A stretch of 64,000 nt of DNA from Schizochytrium sp. TIO01 (taxonomy: Eukaryota; Protista; Bigyra: Labyrinthulomycetes), in the NCBI GenBank assembly GCA_004764695.1, contig SMSO01000032.1, positions 7,658,483 through 7,722,482 on the forward strand, given 5' to 3'. How positions within the stretch are numbered: position 1 is the stretch's first letter; each line of letters begins with the position of its first letter. This document shows positions 11,351 to 22,151 of the stretch, piece by piece. The notes below the pieces were generated by a model. The model saw nothing but the letters and a program-made list of their open reading frames with translations. It was not told where the DNA came from and did no database searches. The translations under genes and the position numbers were made by a program.

Positions 11351-12466
11351 TCAGCCGCCCCGCTTCGCGCCATTTTCTTTAGCGCGACGAATAATTTCCG
11401 CCTGAGTGAGTTTACGTTTTGTGGAGGCCCGGGGTGCGGCGGGTTGGTTTGCCTGCCCGGTCTCGTCGATGACCATACTGGTGGACGAATGACCATTAGC
11501 AATTTGCATAATACCTGCACTAAGCCATTCATGTGGAGATACTAGTGCAACTCGTGCATCGTCAATAATTGCCTGGACACTTTCCTTTGGGATCGTGTTC
11601 AACAGCGCTTCTACAGCAGCAGCTTGTGCTTTCCCCCAAGACCCGTCATCCTCGGCCTTTGCCAGCTCTTTCAGCTCCTCGATTTCAGTAAGACATGCGT
11701 ATGCCTTTTGTTTCTTCTTGTATTGGGCAAAGTATGAGTAAATGCTTGGACTGGCCTTGTCCACCGCATAAAATCCCTCTCGGGGAAACCTGTTAAATAA
11801 CCCTCCAAGAACCGGTACGCCATGTGCTTCGAAAAATGTTGCATTTAGGTTAAACGAATCAATCGCATTGCCCACACCGGAAGGACAAACCAACACCACA
11901 GGCGCACCAATACGTTTCGCCATTGCAGCATTTGAAAGACCGCAAATGCTACCAACAGCAGGATAACCAACGCCATCTACAACAACAAGACGGCGGCCTG
12001 GCGTACGACGCAAAGCCTCGACAGCGTCAAAAATGTCTTGAAGCATCTCCTCTGTTGTTTTAGTGTTGCCGTCGAGAAATTCACGAGTGAATCCGCTGAC
12101 ATAAGTGACTGGGCCTGTTGGCGCATCAATGTGATGCTCCAGAGCGTATCTGGTGACCAGCTGTACAGCTTCGCACTGGGTTGCAGGCTTAATGTATGCC
12201 AACTCCTTAGCACCAAATCCAAGTTTCTCATGTAGCGTTGCAAGAAGCCCTAGACACGTAGAGGACTTACCAACTTGGGAGCGATCTCCAGAGACAAAGA
12301 TCAAATCTGCAGGTTTATCCTCTTCGGTACTTGCCTGAATTTCTGCAGCAATTTTTGCTCGAAGGGTAATCTCGTCTACCCACTGCGCTCCTGAGAACAC
12401 GCGAACACCCTTTGCACCAGTTGCAAGCGAGCTCAATGTGGAGGACGAAGACGTTGCATGGCTCAT
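11351..12466 (-). CDS. Stand-alone BioD-like / AAA_26 (dethiobiotin synthetase / Pta N-terminal-like) P-loop protein
   Basis: IFVSGDRSQVGKSS deviant P-loop, YIKP, VVVDGVG, SNAAMAKRIGAPVVLV and LGGLFN follow the BioD/CobQ/Pta-N pattern. ATG at 12466. Confidence 0.75.
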   Translation of the reverse strand: MSHATSSSSTLSSLATGAKGVRVFSGAQWVDEITLRAKIAAEIQASTEEDKPADLIFVSGDRSQVGKSSTCLGLLATLHEKLGFGAKELAYIKPATQCEAVQLVTRYALEHHIDAPTGPVTYVSGFTREFLDGNTKTTEEMLQDIFDAVEALRRTPGRRLVVVDGVGYPAVGSICGLSNAAMAKRIGAPVVLVCPSGVGNAIDSFNLNATFFEAHGVPVLGGLFNRFPREGFYAVDKASPSIYSYFAQYKKKQKAYACLTEIEELKELAKAEDDGSWGKAQAAAVEALLNTIPKESVQAIIDDARVALVSPHEWLSAGIMQIANGHSSTSMVIDETGQANQPAAPRASTKRKLTQAEIIRRAKENGAKRGG

Positions 12467-14901
12467 TTTCAACTCCCTGGTAGACTTTCAACCTTTATAA
12501 ATAGACCATAAAAAAGAGGGGAGAAACGCCAAAGACGTATTCACCAAAGTCAACGACGATGACGAACTCTCAGCAACCAGGGCTCGCCGACCCCGCTCTT
12601 TGCGGCCAGACCTGCAGCGTTCAGTACCTTGTTGCCGCACAAGGCCGTTGATCCCTGCGGGCTGAGCCGCTGCAGGCGCCTCGAACCAGCGAGACGCCGC
12701 GCCCGTTCGGCTTCCGCTCTTTCGGGGTCTGGAGATCTGGACTCGGAATGGAATGAGTCACAAAGTTGCTTTTCTTTCATTCCCAATTTAGTTTACAGTC
12801 CTACGGAACCCATAGCAGTAAGCACTAGAGGGCAAATACCACTCACAAAATTGATACTTTATTGATCCAAATTTAGAAGAGCAAACATCTGTGAAAACTC
12901 TTGGTAAGAGTGCCTATGGATTACTTATGCGGTCGATCAAAATCTTCATAAGAGCATAGAGAATCATGCCCTTATCATAGGTACCTAATTTAAGCGGTTA
13001 AGACAGACACGGTGATTATGGTGCCTTGTTAGCAAATAAGTTAGCGTGGATGGCTGAACTGGTGAAGCTTAAAATAAGACATGGTTGGCGAATACATGCC
13101 TTAAATGCGATACAATAGTCGCGAGAGGACTTAGGTTTGTTTAATTTTAATTCGAGTAGATCGAGGTTTTTATTAGTATGTAGGCACTACTACTGATTTT
13201 TGTTTTGTTTTTTCCTTCAGAAAGGATAGAGAAGATGGGGAGTCCTCAGTTCTCTGCTTGACAAAGTGCATAGAAAGAGTCATGATTCAAGCGGAAGAGT
13301 CTAATAGCGACAATCAGTGCTACTAACTATAAATTTTAGATCACAATCTCTTCGCTCACAACTTTCTCTTGTGCAATTTTCCTAGTTACTCTTAATTCTA
13401 GTTGTTTTTATTTTTATTTTTAAAAACTTTTTAAATAACGTTAAAATAAAAAAGCAGATGGAGACGAGATATTATAGGATTATGCATCCCACCCTTGTTT
13501 AACTGTTCTAGCCCGTCATGTTGTGGTAAAAAAAGATAGATACATATATCTACACCGTTATAGGTGAATACTTTACCCTTGTGAAGAGTATTGTTTCATA
13601 TATGTAGAGTGAAATTCTGTGTGAAGCGGTCCGTACTACCAAGGTAATTTGTGACTAAATTAGGCCTCAGGAAGAAAAATCAAATGTGGGTTTTGGAAGA
13701 ATGATATTATGCTGCCTAAAAATAAAAACGAAGTACCCTGCGGGCATCGATCGTTTATATTTAGTATCGTGTTAAGTTATCCAATAGTAGACAGCAACAA
13801 CCTCAGTCAGAGAGCTGGCACACAGCTCACAGCAAAGCTTTAGACTGTCATTTGGTTGAGACAATGAAAAGCAGACGAAGGCGATCAAGCTAACAAAAAG
13901 AAGAATTCAAGTACATGAACAAAATTGTTCTTTAGTCATGATGAAATATAAAAGACCAGAAGCAATGCCTAGGAATCAAAAGAAACAATGAAACAATCAA
14001 TCATGAATGTGTAACATCATGCTGGCTGGAGCGGAGTTGGTTGCGTTTGGGTTTGTGATTGGTTTATTAAAGCGAGGGTGGTCTGGGTTGATGTTTGATG
14101 TTTTTTAAAAAAGTTCACATCTTCTGGTCTCTTCTTCTTCATCTAGTAATGAATCAGTGAGAATGGGTCGTCGACGAACCCGTTTGCCGAAAAAAAAATG
14201 TTTTGTTCAACTAAGAGCAATCGCCTCTGAAGAAGACTTTCAAGCATCGGGATTGCAAAGGGTGTGAACGTGTTGGATGGATGAGGAGAGAGTTGTGGTG
14301 GCGAACTAACGAGCTCTTCGAGATGCGCATCCTTCCACAAGCTTGCAGCAGTGCACGAGGGAGACGATTGGGGCTTGCCACCCACACAAGAAGTAATGTG
14401 AATGCCAAACGACCCAATAGCAACCTTAGAAGAGAAGAGAGAAAACTGGAGCGACGAGGGCGAGGAAATTTGAGGGAACTACAATCAAATGACAATTCAG
14501 GCAGGAGGGGGCCAAGAGCCTGATTATATATTTTTTTCCAGGGAGGGGAAAACAAAGCACGTGTGCAAATCGTCACATGTACACGAGTGAAACGGAGTCG
14601 AAAACATCACGTGCATAAATGTATGCTTAAGACTGGTCTCCGGATGTGTGACTAAATCAGCAACAAAAGGCTAGGGTGGACCTGACATATTTAGGGAAGT
14701 AGAGACAAAATAAATGGAGGGCTCTAGCATTCACGTTTAACATCTTGTCCTTGCCCACATACGCTGAATTGAAATTTTCTGTTTGGTTGTGGTGTGCATT
14801 TCCTGGCAATACAAGCGGCGCAACCTGCGCCTCCTTCTCTCAGGGGCCATTGGAATTGGTTATGGCACGTTTGTGTGTATATCTTCTCTTCTCATTCCTG
14901 T

Positions 14902-16008
14902 CTACATAAGCTCAATGGTGGACACGTGCATGTACTTTGATGACGCGTACTTCTTGTTGACTGCCTGAAGATAGTTCTTCTGGTTCGTGCTGTAAAGCAT
15001 CTTCATGGTCTCCATGCACTCCTCGATATCATCAGCAGTGTATCCTGCGTGGCGAGTCAGCGTAGAACCCCACGACTTGCGGTTGTCCGTGAGCGACTGG
15101 GCAATGTACAACGCAGAAGCGGCGATCATGGACGGTTTGAAGACGAGCATGCGGTACTCTTGCAATGAACGCTCAACCAAGAACGTAGCAAAGTGCTGTG
15201 TCCTGGCGCTTGAGCATGCTACCTTCATAAAACGGCGCAAGAAAGTGTACGGCGAAGGGGTGGTGAGGTGAAACTCGAGCACGTTGAGCATAACACCCTC
15301 CATTTTGAGAAGCTCATCCGCGGTGAATGCCTTATCAGACATTGAAACAAAGTCCGGAGCCTCAGGTGCGTAAATTTCCTCGTACTTGGAGGCGAGGAGC
15401 ATTGCCGCGCAGCCGACGAGCTGGAGCTTTCGTCGAGGTACAACCTTGCGCTCAAGAAAGCGATCAAGGAGGTTAACAGTGAGGTATAAGGTTTGCGGAA
15501 GAAGCTCGAACTTGACATGGACCTGCACAAGCCAGTCGATAAGCAGTGCTCGCATCTTCTCGTTGATGTCGGTCTGCTTTGTCATGTACTCCGGGGAGGC
15601 AAGGTACTTGGACTCGACAACGCGGTAGTGTTTGTAAATGTCACCGACGTACTCAGCAGCGTACTTGGGGTTGTTCAGGTCGTGCTCATCTGCACGGTCA
15701 ATGTTGGTTTCTGGGATACTGTGAGCGGTGATGTAGCGGTCAGAGTCGGCGTTGGTCATCTCGACGTTGTCCTCCTCCATGGGCTTCTCCTTTTCCTCAA
15801 CAGCAATGGAGAAGGGCTTAGACACAGTGTGCTGCTTCTTGGTGCCCTTGCCGCCGAATCCGCCGCCGAGGCTGCGGTTGGAGATATCTCCAAGGGCGGC
15901 ACGGGAGCCCTTGCTGGCACCGCGCTTCAGATTCTCCTTGGCATTGTTGTTGCTGGAGATTGGGTTCGACGACCGCAGGGATCCTTGCCACGAAGAAACA
16001 CGGCTCAT
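14902..16008 (-). CDS. Mitotic B-type cyclin
   Basis: Destruction box RAALGDISN, cyclin box MRALLIDWLVQVH, LQLVG..ASKYEEIY, and C-terminal KKYASSKY. ATG at 16008 lies just downstream of a likely 5'UTR intron acceptor. Confidence 0.95.
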   Translation of the reverse strand: MSRVSSWQGSLRSSNPISSNNNAKENLKRGASKGSRAALGDISNRSLGGGFGGKGTKKQHTVSKPFSIAVEEKEKPMEEDNVEMTNADSDRYITAHSIPETNIDRADEHDLNNPKYAAEYVGDIYKHYRVVESKYLASPEYMTKQTDINEKMRALLIDWLVQVHVKFELLPQTLYLTVNLLDRFLERKVVPRRKLQLVGCAAMLLASKYEEIYAPEAPDFVSMSDKAFTADELLKMEGVMLNVLEFHLTTPSPYTFLRRFMKVACSSARTQHFATFLVERSLQEYRMLVFKPSMIAASALYIAQSLTDNRKSWGSTLTRHAGYTADDIEECMETMKMLYSTNQKNYLQAVNKKYASSKYMHVSTIELM

Positions 16009-16069
16009 CTTGCTTGGCGGTGAGTTTTTGGTTCTCGAGATGAGTGTCTTGGCGTGCTGTGGGTCTTTT

Positions 16070-17068
16070 CTGTAATACGAAATAAAATCAACGACGTTCC
16101 TCTGTGTTAGTCCTCTCTTTATCTCTCTTTGACCTTTTTCTTTCATTGCGATGTTTCTTTTCTTTCTAGCTCCGCGATCGCTATTCAACCCCCCATACCC
16201 CCACCCCCCCGCCAGGGTCATCTCACTCGTACGCCATCCAGTCCTTCCTTTTCCACTGTGCGAAATGCCTCATATTGGCTGTTTTCCATATTACTCAATA
16301 TATCTTCAAACGGCCATCTCATCTCAGCTCTGCACTATCCCATATTTTCTGTACAATTGCGCTTTTTCGTTGTCTTTTGATATCTTGCTAGCTTAGCCAT
16401 GCATCGTATGTGTTTATGCCGAGCTCTCTCTTCAGTCGCGCAGCCGCACTAGCTACACATGAGAAAATGTTTTCTTGCTCTTTGTGATGTACTCCGTTCA
16501 TTGCAGTGCAACTAGATACGAAGTAGAGGAGCGAAAGAAGAACAACAACGAGCAAAAACAATGTCAAGGGTCCTAGGGATACATAGATGTTCCTACTGAC
16601 TAGCCCAGTCAAAACAGAACACTTTACCTAAAAAAGAACGAAAGACCATATCGAAAGTGGCAAAGAAGGCACTACAAGGAAAAGATAACCTCCCGCCCCA
16701 AACCGCGTGGAAGCTGGTCGAGGTCTTCAATCTCAGCCTCTTAACGTTGCATTTCGCTTTGATTCGGATGCTCTATAGTCTCGGCACCCTCAGTTCGCGC
16801 CTCCTCGCTTAGCTTTCTCTAACCTCGCATCCCAGACCTTCAAATAACCCAAAAGCGCCCTTTGCATCTATCTCTTCTGTACATAACGCACAAAGGCATG
16901 CATCCTGCAAGCAAGTATCGCTGCAACCCTGAGCCAGCAAGCAAGCAGGCCAGCAGGCCAGCAGGCCAGGCCGCTCGCAGAGTTCGTGCCTAGTGCTCCG
17001 CCCGGGTCCACGTCCCATCCTCGCTGCTGTCGCGCGCCCGCGTCTCGCCGTCGCTCTTCGTTACTCAC
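16070..17068 (-). other. Predicted ~1 kb 5'UTR intron of cyclin B
   Basis: Minus-strand donor CG|GTGAGTAA at 17068 and acceptor TTTCGTATTACAG| at 16070, 62 nt above the ATG. Confidence 0.55.
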
Positions 17069-17699
17069 CGTGGCCGCCGCCGCGTTGTGGCTCTGCTCTC
17101 GCTCCCTGGGCTCTTGGGCCTCGCCTACCGTTTCGCCTACATGGTCGCTAGCACTAGGCTTGGTTTTCTTTCATTCCTTGTTTCTTGCCTATTGTTATTA
17201 TCAACTCACTTGCAACCACTTTTCAAATTTGCTTTTTCGAATTTGAATTCGAATTTTGAATTAAAAGGAGATTCGAACTGCCGCTCGCACAGTAGGCCTT
17301 TCCTCAATACTCCACTTGCGCCAGAAAATACTTCACTTGCACACCGCTATACCTCTCTTGGAGCATCGACTGCACGGCGATCGTTTCCCTTCCCCACGCG
17401 CGGCCGTTTGCGAGCGCCCTTCGCGCACCCTGCCCCCCCTGCGCCGCCTCCGTGCGCGCTGCCCCGCTCTCCCGCAAAGGCGCAGAAGCAACGTGTCACG
17501 GTGGGGTCCCAACGCTACAATTTGAATTTTTGAAATTCTGCGCGCACACTGCCCCCCTGCGGCCCGTTACCGCCCTCTCTAAACTCGTATCTGCCCGTTC
17601 GCCGCACTTTGCTCAGCCTCGGCTTTGCTCTAATTTCAAATTTCTTTTAAACTTCAAAGCACAATCCTCAAAGCACAATCCTCAAAGCAAATGACTTTG

Positions 17700-18018
17700 A
17701 CAAACAAACAAATAATCAAACAAACAAACAAACAAACAAACAAACAAACAAACAAACAAACAAACAAACAAACAAACAAACAAACAAACAAACAAACAAA
17801 CAAACAAACAAACAAACAAACAAACAAACAAACAAACAAACAAACAAACAAACAAACAAACAAACAAACAAACAAACAAACAAACAAACAAACAAACAAA
17901 CAAACAAACAAACAAACAAACAAACAAACAAACAAACAAACAAACAAACAAACAAACAAACAAACAAACAAACAAACAAACAAACAAACAAACAAACAAA
18001 CAAACAAACAAACAAACA
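17700..18018. repeat. (CAAA)n microsatellite, about 75 perfect units
   Basis: Read directly; explains the FVCL and TNKQ ORFs. Confidence 0.97.
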
Positions 18019-18295
18019 CACTCCTCACACTCAACCAAAACGACGAGAAGAAGGCATCGCGAAAGAGACACATAGGGTGCGTCCTTTCTTTGATAATTTT
18101 AAATGATAATAATATTATTATTTATATTTCATGTTGAATGTTAAGTTTATAGAATAAGTGATACTGTTTTTGAAAACAAGGAGGTCCTCGCTTCCCCGGT
18201 CTCGAGAGTTTGCAGCAGAGGAATTGCATTTGGAGGCGCGAAGACAGTAAGACAGACAGGCAGGCAGACAGACAGGCAGTGCCTCGCGGGTGGCT

Positions 18296-18298
<3 letters not shown>

Positions 18299-18332
<34 letters not shown>

Positions 18333-18372
18333 TGGTTCATGATTCATGATTCATGATTCATGATTCATGATT
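18299..18372. repeat. (GA)n followed by (CATGATT)n heptamer repeat
   Basis: Read directly. Confidence 0.9.
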
Positions 18373-21300
18373 CGTGGTTCAAGATTCGTGCCTCATGCTG
18401 GGTTGGGTTTCCGGCAGATGTCCAACCACCGCTCGTGAAGAAGCGCCCTTTGCATTGCTTCTGTTTCTGGAGTGCAGTTGGCTATAGCTACACTGCTATT
18501 CGCGTTCTACGCGCGCGAATGAAAGAACGAAAGGTTGAGCGAATGAATGATGCTCAAATGAATGAATGAAATGCTCGAGAGTTCTGAAGATTTGAAGCCA
18601 CCGTTGTTCCTGGCCTCCAAGCTTCCTGGCGCCCGCCGCCTCTTACCATGCTGCACAGCGCAGAGGAGCACGCGGCGCCGCCTCTTCGCGAGGGCCTGCG
18701 CTCGCAGCGGCCTTGAGACCTGGGCGCCAAGCCAGCCCAGATCCACTGCGTCTCTGGCGCAGGTCTTCGAATTTCAAATCCATTTTCAAACAGAAAGAAA
18801 AGAAAAAGTGCTCTTCTCTAACCTAACTTCTTCTATTGAATGAAGAAGGCCTTTCCATTAATAGATTGTTCTGTCTTAGTTTCTCTAAAAAGAGCCCTCA
18901 GTCGTTTCCCACTGCCGCGACGTCCAGGACCCATAACACATGTCCCTATCCGCGCCGGAGGTAGTCTTAGGCCGCGCTAGGCTGAGGCGCGGAATTTGAA
19001 TTTTTGAATTTCGAGCGGCGGTTTGAACTTCGAAATGCATTGAGCGATTGATTGAGTGAGCGAGTGATCGATCGATCGACTGTGAAGAGAGAGGTCTCCG
19101 CCCACTCTCGAGCAGACAGCGGCGACTCGGCGCAGTGCTGGCTGGCTGGCTGGCGGAGGCGGCCTGCAAGCCACGGTTGACTGGCCTGATCGGCAAGGCC
19201 GTGGTGGAGAAGCACGGTCGTTTCACGAGGACAAGGCGAAGGGATAACGACCGGGATGATTCATTCTGCTCTTTCTAATGAAGATGAGTGAATGAATAGT
19301 TGATTAATAGAAGTGAGTGAATGAAGGAAGGAAGGAATATAGGCTACCTTCAAATAGGCTGCAGTTAGTTCCTTTCTATCTTATCTTGCAGCAGGCAGCG
19401 AGAGATTGAAGATCGTGAGATATGATGGCCCGCAATCAATCGTGATGATATTAGGTTAAAACTTCTGCAAGGACTTCACGACACCTAGATAGATGTTGCG
19501 AGGAGTCAGAACGAGGCGGTGGAGTGAACAGCTTTGGCACTGTGCAATGTAGGATGTAGCTAATAATCATTTCTCACGGTTGGAGAGACCAGGTCTGTCT
19601 GCCCCGAGCTTGTTCTTTTTGTTGTCTTTTGTGCGCTCCAGAACTTACAAACCACCTAACGACCTGTCTTCCTGACAGCATCGCAGACTGCCTGAATATG
19701 GCTAAGAAGCCGACTAATAAAGTGACCATTGGAATGAGGAAAGCTAACGACGCAAGAAGCAAATGAGCGATTCCAAAAGCAGGAAGCGCCGACCCTTCAC
19801 GTCAACCTAACCACGCATTTTCGGGTATGCTCATCAAGATTGTCAACACCGTCAACACTATTGAAAGCAACAAGAACACCAGAAACAACTTGGGAAAGGT
19901 GTGGGGGTATGAAGAAGGCTACGCAGCAAACAGGAGACCAGTTTACACATGCGAAGTGACTCTCCTGTTCGCCACGGAGGTTTTTATTAAGAAACAAAGC
20001 TGGGACAAACAATATCTTTAGCAATCTAGCAAAGTATGAAGGAGGCGTAGAGTAGTTCTTTTGAGAAATGGTGGAGGGAGCAAATTGCTTTCTCTTATTT
20101 TAATTGATCCATACTTCGTGCTTGCGTGCGTGCATCGAATTGCAGAATCTCCGCTTCAAAACTACTAGATTAGGTGGCAGGCTCAAAGTAAAGCGTGCAG
20201 CAATAATGCAGTACAGCACAGAACAAAAGATATGTAAAGTCTGTTTGAGGATCGCAAGGTCATTCAGAGCTTTAAATGTATTCTATTAGAACATCTTAAA
20301 TAAGTACTTATGAAAACCAACAGGTTCTGGGCTTACATCATTCGATGCTATGGATACTTACAATAATGAAATTCTTTTCTGTATTATCCCTGCTACTCCT
20401 ATTACTTCAAAATTCGTATATCGTTTTTGTCAGTTTTTTCTATTGTTGTTGCTGGGGAGTTTTGTTTGGTTGCTCATGAGGAGATAGATGCCAAGGACGG
20501 CGTTGAGGTCGCCACGAGAGTAAGAGGCAACGTCCTTGCCACGTAGAAGCTTCATGTAAACCTTTAACTCTCGCTAATATGCAAGGTGTTTTAAAACGCT
20601 GCTGTCACTGTTTGATTATCATAAGTTTGCGAGTGGATACTCTTCGTCGTGGTCATCCCCTTGTTAACATTTATAGTCGTCCACTCGCTTCCACATGGAT
20701 GACTAAATTATTGTTCATTTTATTTTGGAAGGGTCATTCAAATGAAAATACCGCTGTCTGTGCAATGTTGCATTTTCAAATGCAAAGAAAGAACAAGTTC
20801 GTGCCTCAAAAAGGTGCTATTCCCTTGAAACTGAAACGCCATGAAGAAGAATAAGTTCTCTTCAATTGACCACCCGTGAGGTATGAACTTCACCTCATAA
20901 GCACTTGAAACCATCATGCGTTTCATAAATTGGACCTACCCAGCCCACGCTCTTGGCGTTTGCTTGTGCTCCCCCTTTGCCCCACGGCTTGTCCACGTGT
21001 TCGTGCGCATTTCTGTGCGCGCTTCGTGAGGAATATGCCGACAACATGCAGGTTGTCTATCAATTGCAACCTATTTGCGGTTTCGTTTTCGCTGAGCCGG
21101 GTCCCGTGCACCCCATTTCACGAGCTATGCCTTTCCTGACTGCATTCTGGTATTACAAATTCAACGGATACATTGAGCTTTCTACGAGCGATGTATTAGT
21201 ACTTAAGTACGTATGATTGTCGCATGGACTGCTATATGCAAGCACCTTCTCTTAATTTGTATGTAACAACAGCCAAGTGCGAGGCTTCTCTGTTCTCAGA

Positions 21301-22151
21301 TATGTCTCTGTGTGTGTCACGTTCATGGAAACTAAGCTCACACGGATCGAGATATTGACTTAGACATAGTTGGGACGAGTTTCATGAAGAAGAAGAACTG
21401 GGACAGACCAAGTTCTCAAATATCCATTCATGAGTTCAAGTGTGCGCGGACATCATCACGTGTTTATAATTTTTCTACTATTCAGTGGGATATCAAGGCC
21501 ATGATATTGATATAGCACCCTTTCATTTCTCAGCCCAAAAGTCTTTTCACTCCCAGAGTCCCATCAATTATCGATTCTTCTATTGTACCAGTAGGAAGAC
21601 TGACCTAGTTAGTACCTAGTGTACTTGGCTCCATAAAGAACATGTTCATGAAAGAACAAAATTAAAGAACACCAGGGACTCAGATATTCATATGCTAGTA
21701 TTGTTTTCTTTAGTAGGTGTTAGCAAATATCGTGACTATCCTTTTGCAAGGAAGGCAAAGAAGGTGAAGGCAAAGAAAAGAAAATGAGGCGCTGCTTTTG
21801 TTGAATTCTCGACAGTATCTATTCTGCTGAGCATCTTGCGCTCGAGCGGAGGACTACCTTGGGGAGCGAGACGAAGGAGAGGTCTCTTTGTGGAGATAGT
21901 GAGAGTATCTGCTGCGGCGAATTGAGCTTCTATTCTCGAATTTCGCCACAGAATCAAGTGCTAGATTGCAGCCCGTCGCCAACGTACGTGACAAGGACTC
22001 GGAAAATACTTAGAAAAGCAAGATTAGGTCACTGACAGCATTTCAGGCATTGTAAAAGGAAAAAGGAGTCAGTCGCGGAGACCCTTCATTCTCTTATTCC
22101 TCAAGAGACACAAAATTATTGGCGAAATCCAAAAATCCTAGAATCATCAAG

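Larger units (their letters stand above)
17128..19034 (-). promoter_or_regulatory. Cyclin B upstream region with clustered CHR-like TTYRAA and MSA/Myb-like AACGG motifs
   Basis: About 18 TTTGAA/TTCAAA/TTCGAA/TTTAAA hexamers in clusters at 17222-17277, 17521-17534, 17635-17658, 18766-18790 and 18995-19034. CCGTT at 17128, 17404, 17564, 17595 and 18601. GC/CGCG-rich blocks lie between clusters. Confidence 0.55.

Noticed and set aside
16009-16221. 71-aa N-terminal extension of the cyclin B ORF
   Set aside because: It runs through a predicted intron acceptor at 16070; the ATG at 16008 gives a typical cyclin B.
17654-18137. ORFs of FVCL/TNKQ repeats (also SINQ at 37691-38301, FIHS at 48906-49379, poly-ER at 1872-2060)
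   Set aside because: These are translations of microsatellites that lack stop codons.
20953-21216. LREEYADN resembling tubulin IREEYPDR
   Set aside because: Flanking sequence shows no tubulin similarity.
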